From Candidatus Moanibacter sp. (GTDB lineage Bacteria > Verrucomicrobiota > Verrucomicrobiia > Opitutales > UBA2987): a stretch of DNA of 64,000 bases. Location: NCBI GenBank assembly GCA_965215885.1, contig CBDCEW010000101.1, positions 96,001 through 160,000 on the forward strand, written 5' to 3'. Numbering within the stretch: the first letter of the stretch is position 1; each line of letters begins with the position of its first letter. This document shows, piece by piece, positions 40,330 to 51,273 of this stretch. The notes below the pieces were generated by a model. It worked only from the letters and a program-made list of their open reading frames with translations, was not told the DNA's origin and ran no database searches. The translations under genes were made by a program, and so were the position numbers.

Positions 40330-41703
40330 ATGTTTCGGACAAGTATTCGTGATTTGAAGAGCTGGCAGTCCAAGCCAAGGCGAAAGCCGTTGGTGATGCG
40401 TGGGGCTCGACAGGTGGGAAAGACCACCCTTATTCGGCAGTTTGCGAGTGAGCGATTTAACAATCTCGTAGAGCTGAATTTCGAGAAGCAACCTGAACTC
40501 GCACAGCTTTTTGTCTCGAAAGATCCGAAACAGATTCTTCCGTTAATCGAGTTGCAGCAGAACACCGTGATCAGATCCGGGGAGACCCTTCTATTTCTTG
40601 ACGAAATCCAAGCTGCTCCGAGAGTGTTTGAGGCACTTCGGTATTTCTTTGAAGAACGGCCCGATGTCCATGTAGTGGCGGCGGGGTCATTGCTCGAATT
40701 CGCCCTTGAAGAGCCGTCTCTCTCAGTCCCTGTTGGCCGAGTCGAATACATGTATCTCGGTCCCATGACGTTCGAGGAGTTCCTGCTCGCTCAGGGCAAA
40801 GACCGTTTGGTCTCCTTCATTAACTCCTTTGAGTTCCCTGCCTCCATCCCTGGCCCGCTGCACAGCCAGATGCTGGACGCCGTAAAGCAATTCCTGGTAG
40901 TGGGGGGCATGCCGGCGAGTGTGTCTGCCTACACCAGGTCCGATTCACTTTCAGATACGGAATCCGAGAAACAATCAATACTCGAAACGTTTATCGATGA
41001 CTTCGGGAAATACGCTTCCAGAGTCGACCCCAACCGGCTCAGAAAGGTATTTACCCGTCTTCCTCTGTTGATCGGACAAAGGTTGAAATATGCCAACATT
41101 GACCGTGACGATCAGGCTAGGAACCTGGCTCATGCCCTGTCGCTTTTGTGCAAGGCGCTTGTCGCTTACCGCGTGCATCACAGCGCCTGCAACGGCATCC
41201 CTCTTCGCGCGGAAATGAAAGAATCGGTATTCAAACCGTTGTTCCTCGACGTCGGCTTAATGGCAAGCGCCTGTGGTCTCAGTCTTTTGGATTTTGCAAA
41301 TGCAACGGACGTGCTTCAAGTGAATCAGGGAAGCGTCTGCGAGCAGTTTGTCGGGCAGCATTTGCTCTACTCCCAACCGTCCTTCGTCAGGCCCGAGCTG
41401 TTTTGCTGGATGAGGCAGAAGCGGTCTTCCAATGCGGAAGTTGACTACGTTATCAGCACAGGGCCTCGGATCATTCCAATCGAGGTTAAAGCGGGAAAGA
41501 CCGGTACGCTCAAGTCGTTACAGGTTTTCCTCAAGATCAAGGGGCAGAAGACCGGAGTGCGATTGGGCAGCGCTTCCCCTTCTCGGCATCGGGCCAACTA
41601 TGCGTTGCCGGGAATATCCGACCAATCCTTCGAATTGGTCTCGATTCCCTTCTATCTGGTGGGGCAACTACGCCGGTTGCTTGGAGAGTCTGCAGGCTCA
41701 TGA
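40330..41703 (+). CDS. AAA+ ATPase with DUF4143-type C-terminal domain
   Basis: GARQVGKT Walker A, LFLDEIQ Walker B, VGGMP, EVDYV..PIEVK. Confidence 0.9.
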   Translation: MFRTSIRDLKSWQSKPRRKPLVMRGARQVGKTTLIRQFASERFNNLVELNFEKQPELAQLFVSKDPKQILPLIELQQNTVIRSGETLLFLDEIQAAPRVFEALRYFFEERPDVHVVAAGSLLEFALEEPSLSVPVGRVEYMYLGPMTFEEFLLAQGKDRLVSFINSFEFPASIPGPLHSQMLDAVKQFLVVGGMPASVSAYTRSDSLSDTESEKQSILETFIDDFGKYASRVDPNRLRKVFTRLPLLIGQRLKYANIDRDDQARNLAHALSLLCKALVAYRVHHSACNGIPLRAEMKESVFKPLFLDVGLMASACGLSLLDFANATDVLQVNQGSVCEQFVGQHLLYSQPSFVRPELFCWMRQKRSSNAEVDYVISTGPRIIPIEVKAGKTGTLKSLQVFLKIKGQKTGVRLGSASPSRHRANYALPGISDQSFELVSIPFYLVGQLRRLLGESAGS

Positions 41704-41756
41704 ATTTGCGGCGCCAATCCCTGAGAGCCCGGTCCAAACTTTTCTGAAGTGAGTGC

Positions 41757-42764
41757 TCAGTCCCGCCACACTTCCTCGAAAATTCGCATCCAGTTTCCTC
41801 CCAGGATCTTGACGATGTCCGTGGATGAGTAGCCGCGCTTCATCAGCGCCTCGGCGAGGTTGGGAAATTCTGCAGGCGTATCCAGGCCTTTGGGCTGGAA
41901 GGACAGCTCTTCGTATCGCAGGGAGAGGTCCGCAAAAGTGGACGGGTATCTGGTGCCCTGTTGCGAAGCGATATAGTGCCAGAACGATAAAGGCTGGTCG
42001 TGGGTGGAGTCCGTGCCCACCGCGACGTGGTCGATGCCGATACGCTCCACCATGTCGTCGACGGCGTCGATGTAGTCCTCCAGAGTGGACTCGAAGAGGG
42101 TGGGCAGGAAGTTACAGAAGGGCGTGGTGCCGACCACTCCCCCCTTTTCGGCGAGCAACCTGAGGGCCTCGTCCTCTTTGTTACGCCGGTGGTCGTAGAA
42201 GGCGCGGGCGTTGGCATGGCTGATAGTTACGGGTCTTTCGGATACCTCGATGGCCTCCAGGGTAGTGCGGTCTCCCACGTGGGAGAGGTCAATGAGGATG
42301 CCCAGCTCGTTCATCTCACCGATGGCGTCGACGCCGAAATTGCTCAGACCCTCGTCGCGGCGCTCGAAGCAGCCGTTGCCCAGCAGGTTACGCTCGTGAT
42401 AAGTGAGCTGTATCATGCGCACGCCGAGGGCGTGGAAGAGGCCGAGGCGGTCCAGGTCGTTCTCGATGGGCGAGGCGTTCTGGAAGCTGAGGATAATGCC
42501 GGTTTTGTCACTTTTTTTGGCGGTGTGGATGTCGGCTATGCTCTTCACCGGCAGGATGTCGGCGCGCTGGCGGAAACGGCGCAGCCAGGCGGCGATGTGG
42601 TCCATGGTCTGCGGGAAGTTTTCCCATGTGGCCACGGTGGCGCTGATGGCGGTCAGGTTGCCCGCGCGCAGGCCGGCGTAGACGTTGGGGCTGTCCCAGT
42701 TGCTGATGTTCAGGCCGTCGATGACGATGGCTTCGTCGTAGAGTTTTCTGGCTTTGGATTGCAT
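41757..42764 (-). CDS. Membrane dipeptidase (M19 family)
   Basis: QLTY, IDLSH, SHAN, GIDHVAVGTD, KILGGNW. Confidence 0.9.
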   Translation of the reverse strand: MQSKARKLYDEAIVIDGLNISNWDSPNVYAGLRAGNLTAISATVATWENFPQTMDHIAAWLRRFRQRADILPVKSIADIHTAKKSDKTGIILSFQNASPIENDLDRLGLFHALGVRMIQLTYHERNLLGNGCFERRDEGLSNFGVDAIGEMNELGILIDLSHVGDRTTLEAIEVSERPVTISHANARAFYDHRRNKEDEALRLLAEKGGVVGTTPFCNFLPTLFESTLEDYIDAVDDMVERIGIDHVAVGTDSTHDQPLSFWHYIASQQGTRYPSTFADLSLRYEELSFQPKGLDTPAEFPNLAEALMKRGYSSTDIVKILGGNWMRIFEEVWRD

Positions 42765-42846
42765 GTGTGTTGCTCCTCGATATCTGTGAACGGCCGACAG
42801 TGGTTTCTACCGGCCTTAAGGTTCCATGTTTGCGTTTTGATGTGCG

Positions 42847-44001
42847 CTAACTTCGTCGTTTGGAATTTGTGTGTTGTCGGACGTCCTCTGGGAAACGCGT
42901 GCCGATGCGGAAGAGGTCGCCCAAGGGGTTGTGTTTATCCTCTAGAGCGTCGGCGATGACCGGGCCGATGGAGCCGCCGAATTTGAAAGCATGGCCGCAG
43001 CCGGCGATGAGCAGGCGCTGAGAGTCGGGGACCCAGTCAATGACGAAGTGGTCGTCGGGCGCGTTGGTGTAGAGGCACGAGCGGCCGCCGGCCAGTTCTG
43101 CCTTGGCCAGGGAGGGGATGCGGTCGGCGACGAATTGCAGCGCGGCTTCCATAAAGTCTTCGGTGGGTTCGCGGTCCACGTCGGGATGGGCTTCCTCCAA
43201 TTTGAGGTCGTCGGCGATTTTGACGTAGCCCTCCTGCAGCAGAGGGAAACCGTACCAGGCTTCATGAGAGGAAAGACAGGCCCAGACAGGAAAGGCGGCC
43301 TGAGCAAATTGCTCGGGTTTCTCGGGGATGAAAAATGCCATCTGGTTGCGGGTGATACGCAGGTGGTGGGCGAGTTGCGGTAGCAGATGGACTACCCACG
43401 GTCCGGCGGCAATCACCGCCCGGTCGCAGTTGAGAGCGTCGTCGTCACAAACGATGCGGACCCGGTCGGTGGTCTCTTCTACCTTCCGTACAGGCGTCTC
43501 CTCGAGAATCTGTACGCCTTCGGCTCGTGCCAGGGCGGCCAAGTCGGCCACTGCCTGGCCGCTGCGTAGATAGCCGGTCCACGAATCGTAAACCAGGGTA
43601 TCCCCTTCGCTAAGGGTGAATTGTGGGAAGCGCTCCCTCGCCTCCTTCAATGACATAAACCGGAAGCCGTCTTCCCGCTCGGCAAGGCTTTCCCAGCTTC
43701 GGTAGATGCGGCTGTCGCTGGCAAGATCGCGCACGAACATGAGCATGCCGGTTTGGAAATAGATGGCCCGGCTGAGCTGCTCGTGCCAGATGCGCCATTG
43801 ATGTGCCGATTTTTCCACCAATTCGACGTATGTTTCTTCGAGGTAGTTGGTGCGGCGGATGATTTTCGATACGTCGGTGGAACTTGCCCGCTCGCAGGGG
43901 ACCTGCTCCTGTTCGCAGACGGTGACCTGGTGACCACGGCGGCGGAGTTCAAGGGCCGCGGCCAGACCGAAGATTCCGGCACCTATGATTGTTACTTGCA
44001 T
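42847..44001 (-). CDS. FAD-dependent oxidoreductase (sarcosine/fructosyl-amine oxidase-like)
   Basis: IIGAGIFG, SSTDVSKIIR, CLYTNAPDDHFVID, GHAFKF. Confidence 0.88.
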   Translation of the reverse strand: MQVTIIGAGIFGLAAALELRRRGHQVTVCEQEQVPCERASSTDVSKIIRRTNYLEETYVELVEKSAHQWRIWHEQLSRAIYFQTGMLMFVRDLASDSRIYRSWESLAEREDGFRFMSLKEARERFPQFTLSEGDTLVYDSWTGYLRSGQAVADLAALARAEGVQILEETPVRKVEETTDRVRIVCDDDALNCDRAVIAAGPWVVHLLPQLAHHLRITRNQMAFFIPEKPEQFAQAAFPVWACLSSHEAWYGFPLLQEGYVKIADDLKLEEAHPDVDREPTEDFMEAALQFVADRIPSLAKAELAGGRSCLYTNAPDDHFVIDWVPDSQRLLIAGCGHAFKFGGSIGPVIADALEDKHNPLGDLFRIGTRFPEDVRQHTNSKRRS

Positions 44002-44408
44002 CGCTCGTCCTCCGTCAGTGCGGCGTCGTCATCGCCGCTGATGTCGGTCGTTTCGACTTCGAGAATAGCATAGGCAATTAAGTTCCAAATGGCGAAAGCC
44101 GTTGGTAATTCGTGGGATTCGACATGCGGGTTAGGATTCTCCGCTCAGAATTTGGGTCTTCGCGACATTCGGCACGACAAGGCGCAATGAGGAAAAAGCG
44201 TTCCGTTTCCCCGATGGCGTTGTCGGTTACATCGAGCAAAGCTTCGAGCTGGATGCGTGCACTGTTACCCAGAGCGGTATTGTGCCTTGCGTAGGGACGA
44301 GGATCGTTTGGATTGGGCGGCTTGTCCCACGTCATGAAGGAGGCCTGAAAATTACATACTCCTGGCGTCATGATTCGTCCTCCTATTTCAGGGCCTTTTC
44401 GAACAGAC

Positions 44409-45461
44409 TTATTTCAGTGGCAGATCGACCCGGACATTGCCGAGCTCGTGGGATTTCAGGATGGCCAACATGAGCTCCACCGTTTTGCGGGCTTCATGGG
44501 CCGGCGACACGAGCTCGCCGCCATTTTCAAGGGCACGAATCAATTCCTCCACAGCACCGAGAATGCCGTTCACCATGTACTGGTCGATTTCGAGAGGTGT
44601 TTTTGAGCGCGTCCATTCTGAAAGGTTGCGAATGACGAAGGCTTCCACATCTGAGATCTCGATCGTACCGTCGTCGCAGATGAGCTGCATACCGGGTCCA
44701 CCGATCGAGACTTTGAGGCCGTTGTAGAAAGCCCGAACGCCATTCGCGAAGTGAATGTATGCCGATGCGGCAGGATCCGTCGATGGATCATGTCCGCCGT
44801 CACCCTTATACTCGGTGAAATGGTCAAACCCTTCCTCCAGTTGGGCGAAGACCCACTGCGGATCCGACTCGGCGAAGAAACAGGTCATATCGAGCATGTG
44901 GGTGCCGTTGCGGAAGAGCATGGATCGGCGGGCGAGCAGGTTGACGACGATGCCCCGAAGTGGTCCGATTTCACCACTCCTTATCCGTTCGCGGGCGGCG
45001 TGGTAGCTGGGGTACCAGCGCCGCGTGTGTTCGACTGAGAGGATCACCTCGTTTGCCTCGACCGCGGCAATCATGCGATCGGCATCTTCGAGCGATGTGG
45101 CGATCGGTTTTTCGCACAGGATCGCTTTTGCTCCGCTGTTGGCGGCGTCAACAGTGATGTCGGCATGGAGATGATCCGGCGTGACGACGCTGACCAGATC
45201 GGGTTTCGCTTTCTCCAGCATCTCCCGGTAATCGGTGTAGTAGTGCATGTCGGGCCAGACGTCCCGCCAGTTCCTCTTGAAATCGTCGAGGGCCTCCTGT
45301 CGAATATCACACACGCCGACCACTTCGGTCTGTGGATGGTGGTGATAGGCGGCGGCGTGAGAGCCGGGAATGGGCCGGTAGAGGGGAAGATGAGCCTGCT
45401 CCACGGGTCTGCGAGCTCCGATTCCGGTAAGTCCGACGATGGCGGCGCGATAGGGTAACAT
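44409..45461 (-). CDS. Gfo/Idh/MocA oxidoreductase
   Basis: VSVVTPDHLH, CEKP, GTHMLD. Confidence 0.88.
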   Translation of the reverse strand: MLPYRAAIVGLTGIGARRPVEQAHLPLYRPIPGSHAAAYHHHPQTEVVGVCDIRQEALDDFKRNWRDVWPDMHYYTDYREMLEKAKPDLVSVVTPDHLHADITVDAANSGAKAILCEKPIATSLEDADRMIAAVEANEVILSVEHTRRWYPSYHAARERIRSGEIGPLRGIVVNLLARRSMLFRNGTHMLDMTCFFAESDPQWVFAQLEEGFDHFTEYKGDGGHDPSTDPAASAYIHFANGVRAFYNGLKVSIGGPGMQLICDDGTIEISDVEAFVIRNLSEWTRSKTPLEIDQYMVNGILGAVEELIRALENGGELVSPAHEARKTVELMLAILKSHELGNVRVDLPLK

Positions 45462-45687
45462 GGATTCTTCTCCTTCTTCGCCCGATGATACTGAGCTACT
45501 TCGATCTTCTCCCGACGTGGAGTAAACGAGTGCGTCTTACGGTAGTCATGTCTCTAGCTCGATAGTGACAATACTGATCAAAATCGTTACCAGCACGATA
45601 CCGAGAATCTTTGAAATTTCCGGACTAATCGAAGAGGCTACGGCGCACAAAGTCAATTTCGGGTAGAGTTAAAAGGAGCTATTCGAA

Positions 45688-45785
45688 GTTTAGCGTTTCT
45701 TAGGCTGCCCCGGCACCCGTCTTCGCGCGAGGCTTCGCCGTGGCGAGCAAGACCGGGGCTGCCAGCGATAAAAGGCACGCTAAAC
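45688..45785. repeat. Short MITE-like element GTTTAGCGT..ACGCTAAAC
   Basis: 9-bp terminal inverted repeat, internal GCCCCGG..CCGGGGC hairpin; relatives at 14829 and 24966. Confidence 0.6.
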
Positions 45786-46289
45786 GTGCACAAGTCCGAC
45801 TGATTCCTAGGACCAGACAAAGACCTCGTCATCGTCGTCCGACAAGGCGATAAAAGCCGCCAGCACGACCCGCGGCGTTTCTCCAACTACGGCAGGCACT
45901 TCGTGAATATTCCCCGAGTAGAATTCAGCGCCCATGGAAGACTTGAAGAACCAGTTAGCAGCAGCAAGAATTCTCTCCCGTTATGTTACGGAGCTCGAAG
46001 AACTCGTGGGGTAATCGATCGCGCAATGGTTGCGAATTTTCGAGAGGAATCGGCGGGATCGATTTTCGGAAGGTTCAGCTTCATTTGGATAATCGCGAAT
46101 CTATGGAAGCGTGTTGCTATTTGCCTGTCAGGCCATGCTTTCCAACTGAGCGTATTCTTTCGCTGAATCCTGCCTTGTTTCTTTTTGATTAATGGCGTCA
46201 CGGCCTGGCCGTGATCTGTCCTCGGCCTCCTGCCTTTGAGGGTCTTGCCGTTCTGAATGCACATCACGCCGGCAAACTGAATTCCAGGA

Positions 46290-47146
46290 GCGTAGGTCGT
46301 GCCGAGCACAATCATGCTCAGGACCGTGGCGAGCCGATATCTAAGGCCCGCTTTACGACGGAAGTCTTCTATCTGATTGAAGCGTTCCCACAGGCTGCTC
46401 ATCTGTTCCACTTTGAGGCAGACCGCATGGGAGTTATCGGTTTCATTGAGCGCCTGGCTCTGTGCCGCGGGCAATGGCCCTGAAGCGCGCAAAAGCTCAA
46501 GGGCATTAGCCTTGAGGGGTTTGACCCAGATCTGCTTGGGACGCTCATGGCGTTGATAGAAATCTTCGCGTTGGCGGCCATATCCCGCGCTCAAGCCCAA
46601 GGGCGTCCACCCGCTCGCTTCGTAGCAAGTGCCCCGGTGAATCTGTGGGTCCACGAACGTTTCCGCTACTAAGGGACGATAGCCAAAAGCCTCCTGCCAG
46701 TGATCGGCTAAGACTCTCAGGCACATACCCAACGTCTTGGAGGCCAAATTTGCAAGATCCACCCAGGGCAAAATCAGACGCCGGTTCTGAGTTTCAATCG
46801 TGCATGCCGTTGCGCCCCGTCCCACCCGATCCATTCGTCTCGATCCTTCAGCCGGTAGGATGCGGCCCCCCACAAGAGCGCCCATCCATTGCCCGTCGAT
46901 CTGCGCCACATAGCGCAGGGTCTCTCCTGCGCTGCCCGCACTGTGTAAATAATGATGTTGTTTCAATAGATCATTGAATCGCTCCTGCTCTTCGGGCAGG
47001 ACCAGACGCAGAGTTAAACGATCTATCGAAGGATTCAGTTGGTAAGATTTTTTGTCTTTCAATCTTAACATGACTGATTCCCTCGGGTTTGTTTAGCTCT
47101 TTTTTTAGCTTATCAGCTAGTTGCTTCCTGGAATCCTTTTACCCTG
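46290..47146 (-). mobile_element. ISAs1-like element remnant (DUF4338-type N-terminal domain plus H-repeat-associated domain), frameshifted and truncated
   Basis: Begins CAGGG at 47146; HHYL, NLAS..L, ETFVD...HRGTCY..SGW, D.RRK.GLRYRLATVL. Confidence 0.75.
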
Positions 47147-47867
47147 AGAAGAAGTAGAGGTCTCCCGGGTGGAGCTCGACTCGTATGCGTTCAAATTTTC
47201 GATCATTCGCGAATCTATGGAAGGTGCCGCCTGTCAGGTGCTTTCCAACCTCTTTCGAGAATCCTGCCTTGTACAACACGGCCTGGCCGCTGTCCTCGGC
47301 CTCCTGACTGTTCTGAATGCACATCACGCCGGCAAACTGGTGGTCGAAACGAGACACCGCATACTCGAAAAGCCGCGACCGTTTGGCCACGGAGTCGTAA
47401 TGGGGGTTGTGACCCTGGCCGTCATGGTAACTGCGAAAGATGGCGGGGCCGTAGCGACGCCCGTCCGGCTCTCGCGCAGTCATCACACGCTTTTCGGGAA
47501 GAAGACCACTGAGCGCGTTGTAGATCGTCTGAACCGGGTCCCGGTATCCATTGAAAAGAGTCTCGAACAATCGGTGGGTCCCGATGGCGTGCTCGAAGAA
47601 ACGTTCGGGTTGTTTGCTGTGGACACCCAGGCTGGTGCCGATATCGACCCGTGGAGGTTTGACGGACTCGTTTCGTTCAGGATCGTGGAGCAGTCCCCGC
47701 TCATAAAATCTCTGAACGAGGCCCGCGCAGTCGGCGGCGGGGAAAATCTCCGGCAGAATCACGGCCGGGACCTGTCCCTTCCGCAGTGCATCAAAAGGCC
47801 GCGCGTCTTTCCGCAGAATCGATTCGACAGTCCCTTCAACGGGATTCCAATTTCCGGAGGGCGACAT
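47147..47867 (-). pseudogene. 2OG-Fe(II)/PhyH-like oxygenase, 3' end cut by the ISAs1-like element
   Basis: HYD motif and PGDLYFF immediately followed by the IS end; distal His missing. Confidence 0.65.
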
Positions 47868-48036
47868 ATTGTTCAATTTGAGTTCGCTCGGTGAAGGGAG
47901 TTTCCGCAATTTCCACCAACCGTCGGTAAACCGTCAACCTTCAATCCGTTTTCCGTTGATTTTTCATTCGCGTAGATTCGCGGAATTCGTAGTTTCCTCT
48001 CCCAGTTTTGAAATTTAGCGAACAAGGAGGCAGTAG

Positions 48037-49050
48037 ATGGTGGGTGTAGCGATTGTTGGATTGGGTATGGGCCGCAACCGGGCGATGCAGGTTAAGGAAA
48101 CTGAGGGCGCTGAGTTGAAAGTGGTTGTCGACCTAAATACGGAACTGGCGGAAAAGATCGGCAACGAGATGGGTTGTGACTGGACGCCAAACCTCGCGGA
48201 CGCACTCGGAAGGAGCGACGTTGACGTGGTCTTTATTCTTACACCGAGCGGATTGCACGCAAAATTGGGTGTCGAAGCCGCGCGTGCCGGAAAGCATGTT
48301 ATTACGACGAAACCGATGGATGTTTCTACCGTAGCGTGCGACAAACTCATCGCTGCGGGCGAGGAGGAAGGAGTTCTCGTCGGCGTCGATTACCAGAGCC
48401 GGTATGTGGACAACAATTTCCGGGTGGCGGAGGCGCTTCGGCAGGGGTGGCTGGGCAAGCCGATACTCGGCGAAGCTCGCTTCAAATGGTTTCGCTCGCA
48501 GGAATATTTCGAGGTCGGCAACGGCTGGCGCGGCACCTGGGCCATGGACGGCGGAGGTTCGCTGGCCAACCAGGGGTCCCACCTGATTGACTTGCTCCTC
48601 TGGTTTATGGGTGAACCGGTGAGAGTCTACGGGGAAACCGCGATCATGAATCACGAGATCGAAACCGAGGACATCGGTCTCGCTATCATCAATTTCGCCA
48701 GTGGCGCGAAAGGTACGGTGCTCGGCACCACCACCTTCCCTGAAAGCGTTTATTTTGGAGCCGAAGTCCACGGGACCGATGGCGGCGTGCTTATTGAGGC
48801 TGCCCTGGGCGGAACCATGCGTGTGTTTGGCGACGGCTTGGAGGATAAGCTCATGGGCATTGAGAATCCGTTAGGAAATGTCGTCCAGGACGTCGTCTCC
48901 GCTTTGGAAAACGGAACCCAGTTGCGGGTCGACGGCCGGGAGGGGCGCCGTACGGTGGCCCTGCTGGAACAGATTTATGCCTCGGCGCAAAAAGAGGAAG
49001 CGGTCTCAGCGCCATTCCGGTCCGACTCTAATGGTTCACGGCATGGTTGA
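48037..49050 (+). CDS. Gfo/Idh/MocA oxidoreductase
   Basis: VGLGMG, TPSGLH, TKP, WRGTWAMDGGGSLANQGSH. Confidence 0.9.
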   Translation: MVGVAIVGLGMGRNRAMQVKETEGAELKVVVDLNTELAEKIGNEMGCDWTPNLADALGRSDVDVVFILTPSGLHAKLGVEAARAGKHVITTKPMDVSTVACDKLIAAGEEEGVLVGVDYQSRYVDNNFRVAEALRQGWLGKPILGEARFKWFRSQEYFEVGNGWRGTWAMDGGGSLANQGSHLIDLLLWFMGEPVRVYGETAIMNHEIETEDIGLAIINFASGAKGTVLGTTTFPESVYFGAEVHGTDGGVLIEAALGGTMRVFGDGLEDKLMGIENPLGNVVQDVVSALENGTQLRVDGREGRRTVALLEQIYASAQKEEAVSAPFRSDSNGSRHG

Positions 49051-49350
49051 TAACGCGTTTCAACGGATCGAAGAGGACGGGTATCTGATCGTCGACAATG
49101 TCCTCGGCCCCGATGAACTCGAGTCCTGCCGGGCGGAGGTGCAAAGGCTTCACGAGTTATACCTTGAATTGGATAAAGCCGGAGACCCGGCGGCGCGCAA
49201 CTTCCAGATCGAGCCCTTTTCCGAACAGCAGGTGAGAGAGGGTCTGCCGGTGTTACGGAAGATCGAGAGTACCGATAAGTTCTCAAGGACTTTCGCGGAT
49301 CTCGCGACCCATCCGAACTTAGTAGCCGTGCTTAAGGAGATTCTCGGCCC
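49043..49350 (+). pseudogene. PhyH-family dioxygenase, 5' fragment
   Basis: EEDGYLIVDNVL..LATHPNLVAVLKEILGP, then truncated before HxD. Confidence 0.7.
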
Positions 49351-50022
49351 TGCCCAACCTGACCGACGACCGCATGCGCCTCTCCCTCGATAACCGCTAC
49401 CAGGGTGTAAGCATGCCCGTTAACCTGAAGAATCTGCATCTGCACTATAATATCTGAGTCTCGGACGGGCGTGTCGCCCGTCTGCTGAGCCGGGGGACGA
49501 CCCGGCTCATCGTTTCGAACAGACCGGAAACTGAAGGATCCCGGCCCTCACGGGCAGAGCAACAGTCTGCATTATGTAGCTCTGGGCGTGAGCGCAGGGC
49601 GTAGCGGCATTCTGTAGCGCTCTTTAGACGATGGATACCGTTACTATTCAATTGCCGTTCTGATGAGTTGCCAATCGAGCTCGTAGGCGGTCGGCGATCC
49701 CGTTTGATTTTCTCCCAAAATCGGTTTGCACCACCCGCGCCCCCTCTCCATCTCTTACCCACGATGTCCGACGATTGGGAACTCGGCGGTGAAATAGTCA
49801 AGGAGCACTTCCTGCTCACGGAACGGCTGAAGGGATCCCATTTGCCGAATACGCGATCTCTTACGCCGTGGATTGGATCGATCCGGATACCGGAATCATC
49901 GCCGAACCTGGCCGCGACTGGGGAGAATACGCCTCGCTCGAACCAACTTTGAAGACCTACGGGAGCTTTCGTTGATGAGTCTTGCTATGAGTAGCGAAAG
50001 CTCCAAGTTAGGGTTCTAAAAG

Positions 50023-50901
50023 ATGCCCGGCTCATCACAAACTGCTTCCAGCACTTCCTCTTCTCCGAAACCGTTAACCGCAGAGGAGCTGGGGTTTTTC
50101 AAGCGTGAGGGCTACCTCATCAAACGTGGGGTTCTTGACCCCGACCTGATGGAGCGGGCTCGGGAGCGTAAATGGAAGAGTGCTCCGCCTCGCATGAAGC
50201 GGAATGATCCTAACACCTGGTTCGGCCCCTTTCGAGAGGACGAGGAAATCGAGGACGGGCCGAACCGGCGCTCAGGGTACACCTGGAAATACTGTGAACC
50301 GGGAGCGGAGGAATGGATCATCGGGATGCTTGCGACCGATGCCACGATATGGGGCTGGGTCGAGCAGCTGCTGGGTGAAGGAGAGGTGAAGCAACCGGAG
50401 AAAATTCGTGGCATCTACTGCCGGTTGCCGATGGGCGACGCGCCGGAGGAACCAACCATTTGCCACTGTGATGTCACGCCTGATAATTTGGATATGGACC
50501 TTAGGGAAACCGCCCTGCAGCCCGGAATGGGTCTGGTCGGGTTGATCGCCCCGATTCCCCCGAACGGCGGATCCTTTACCGTGTGGCCGGGCACCCATCG
50601 GATTATTTACGACCTGCTCGCAACTACTGAAGGTCAGGAGCGCATCGATTCCTATAAGGCGCGAATTATAAAGTTTAACGATGATCGCCGCGTAGAGGGC
50701 TGCGGTGAGGCGGGCGACATTCTTTTCTGGCATCGGCTCCTTGCGCATACGGCCGGTTGGAACCGATCCGAGAAGATCCAACTCCGCGAAGCCGTTCTCT
50801 GCGACTACAATAAAGTGCCAAACGAAGAGTTGGCGGCACAACGCCCCCATGATGACATGTGGCGCGAATGGTCGGAGGAGTTGCGCAATCCACGGATGTA
50901 A
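50023..50901 (+). CDS. PhyH-family dioxygenase (close paralog of 34519..35358)
   Basis: FFKREGYLIKRGVLDPDLM, HCD, FTVWPGTH, AGDILFWHRLLAH. Confidence 0.85.
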   Translation: MPGSSQTASSTSSSPKPLTAEELGFFKREGYLIKRGVLDPDLMERARERKWKSAPPRMKRNDPNTWFGPFREDEEIEDGPNRRSGYTWKYCEPGAEEWIIGMLATDATIWGWVEQLLGEGEVKQPEKIRGIYCRLPMGDAPEEPTICHCDVTPDNLDMDLRETALQPGMGLVGLIAPIPPNGGSFTVWPGTHRIIYDLLATTEGQERIDSYKARIIKFNDDRRVEGCGEAGDILFWHRLLAHTAGWNRSEKIQLREAVLCDYNKVPNEELAAQRPHDDMWREWSEELRNPRM

Positions 50902-50933
50902 TTGAGGAAGTCTAATCTTCCTCAGAATCTTAA

Positions 50934-51115
50934 CTAGCCCGAACATTTCACAAATCTTCTGCTACGACCGCGGATGTCACTGCGTCTCAAAGCCTTCCCT
51001 TGCCCGGCGACCTCAGAGGGTTCCGACACGCTGTCGCCCGCCGTGCTGCGGATAGTCACTGATACGCAGCAACCTACGCAGTCTCGCTACGAAGTGTGTG
51101 AAATGTCCGGGCTAG
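50934..51115. mobile_element. MITE bounded by CTAG
   Basis: CTAGCCCGAACATTTCACA ... TGTGAAATGTCCGGGCTAG (18/19 inverted match). Confidence 0.75.
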
Positions 51116-51273
51116 AGCGTGTGTGACACTCATGTTAACTCTTGGCCTGCCCGCTTCTGAGGGAGCGGATCGTTCGTCGAGTTGCGCAGCATCCCTGATA
51201 AACATGGCCACATTCCTTTGTAAATGGCTTGACCTCACTTTTTATATCTAGCTAATCTAGCCAAAAACTGAGT

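Noticed and set aside
45986..47071. Druantia DruA defence gene or an intact 361-aa protein
   Set aside because: The DUF4338-like domain is fused to an ISAs1-type region with an IS end; the ORF is frameshifted and its tail is mosaic sequence; no other Druantia genes are present.
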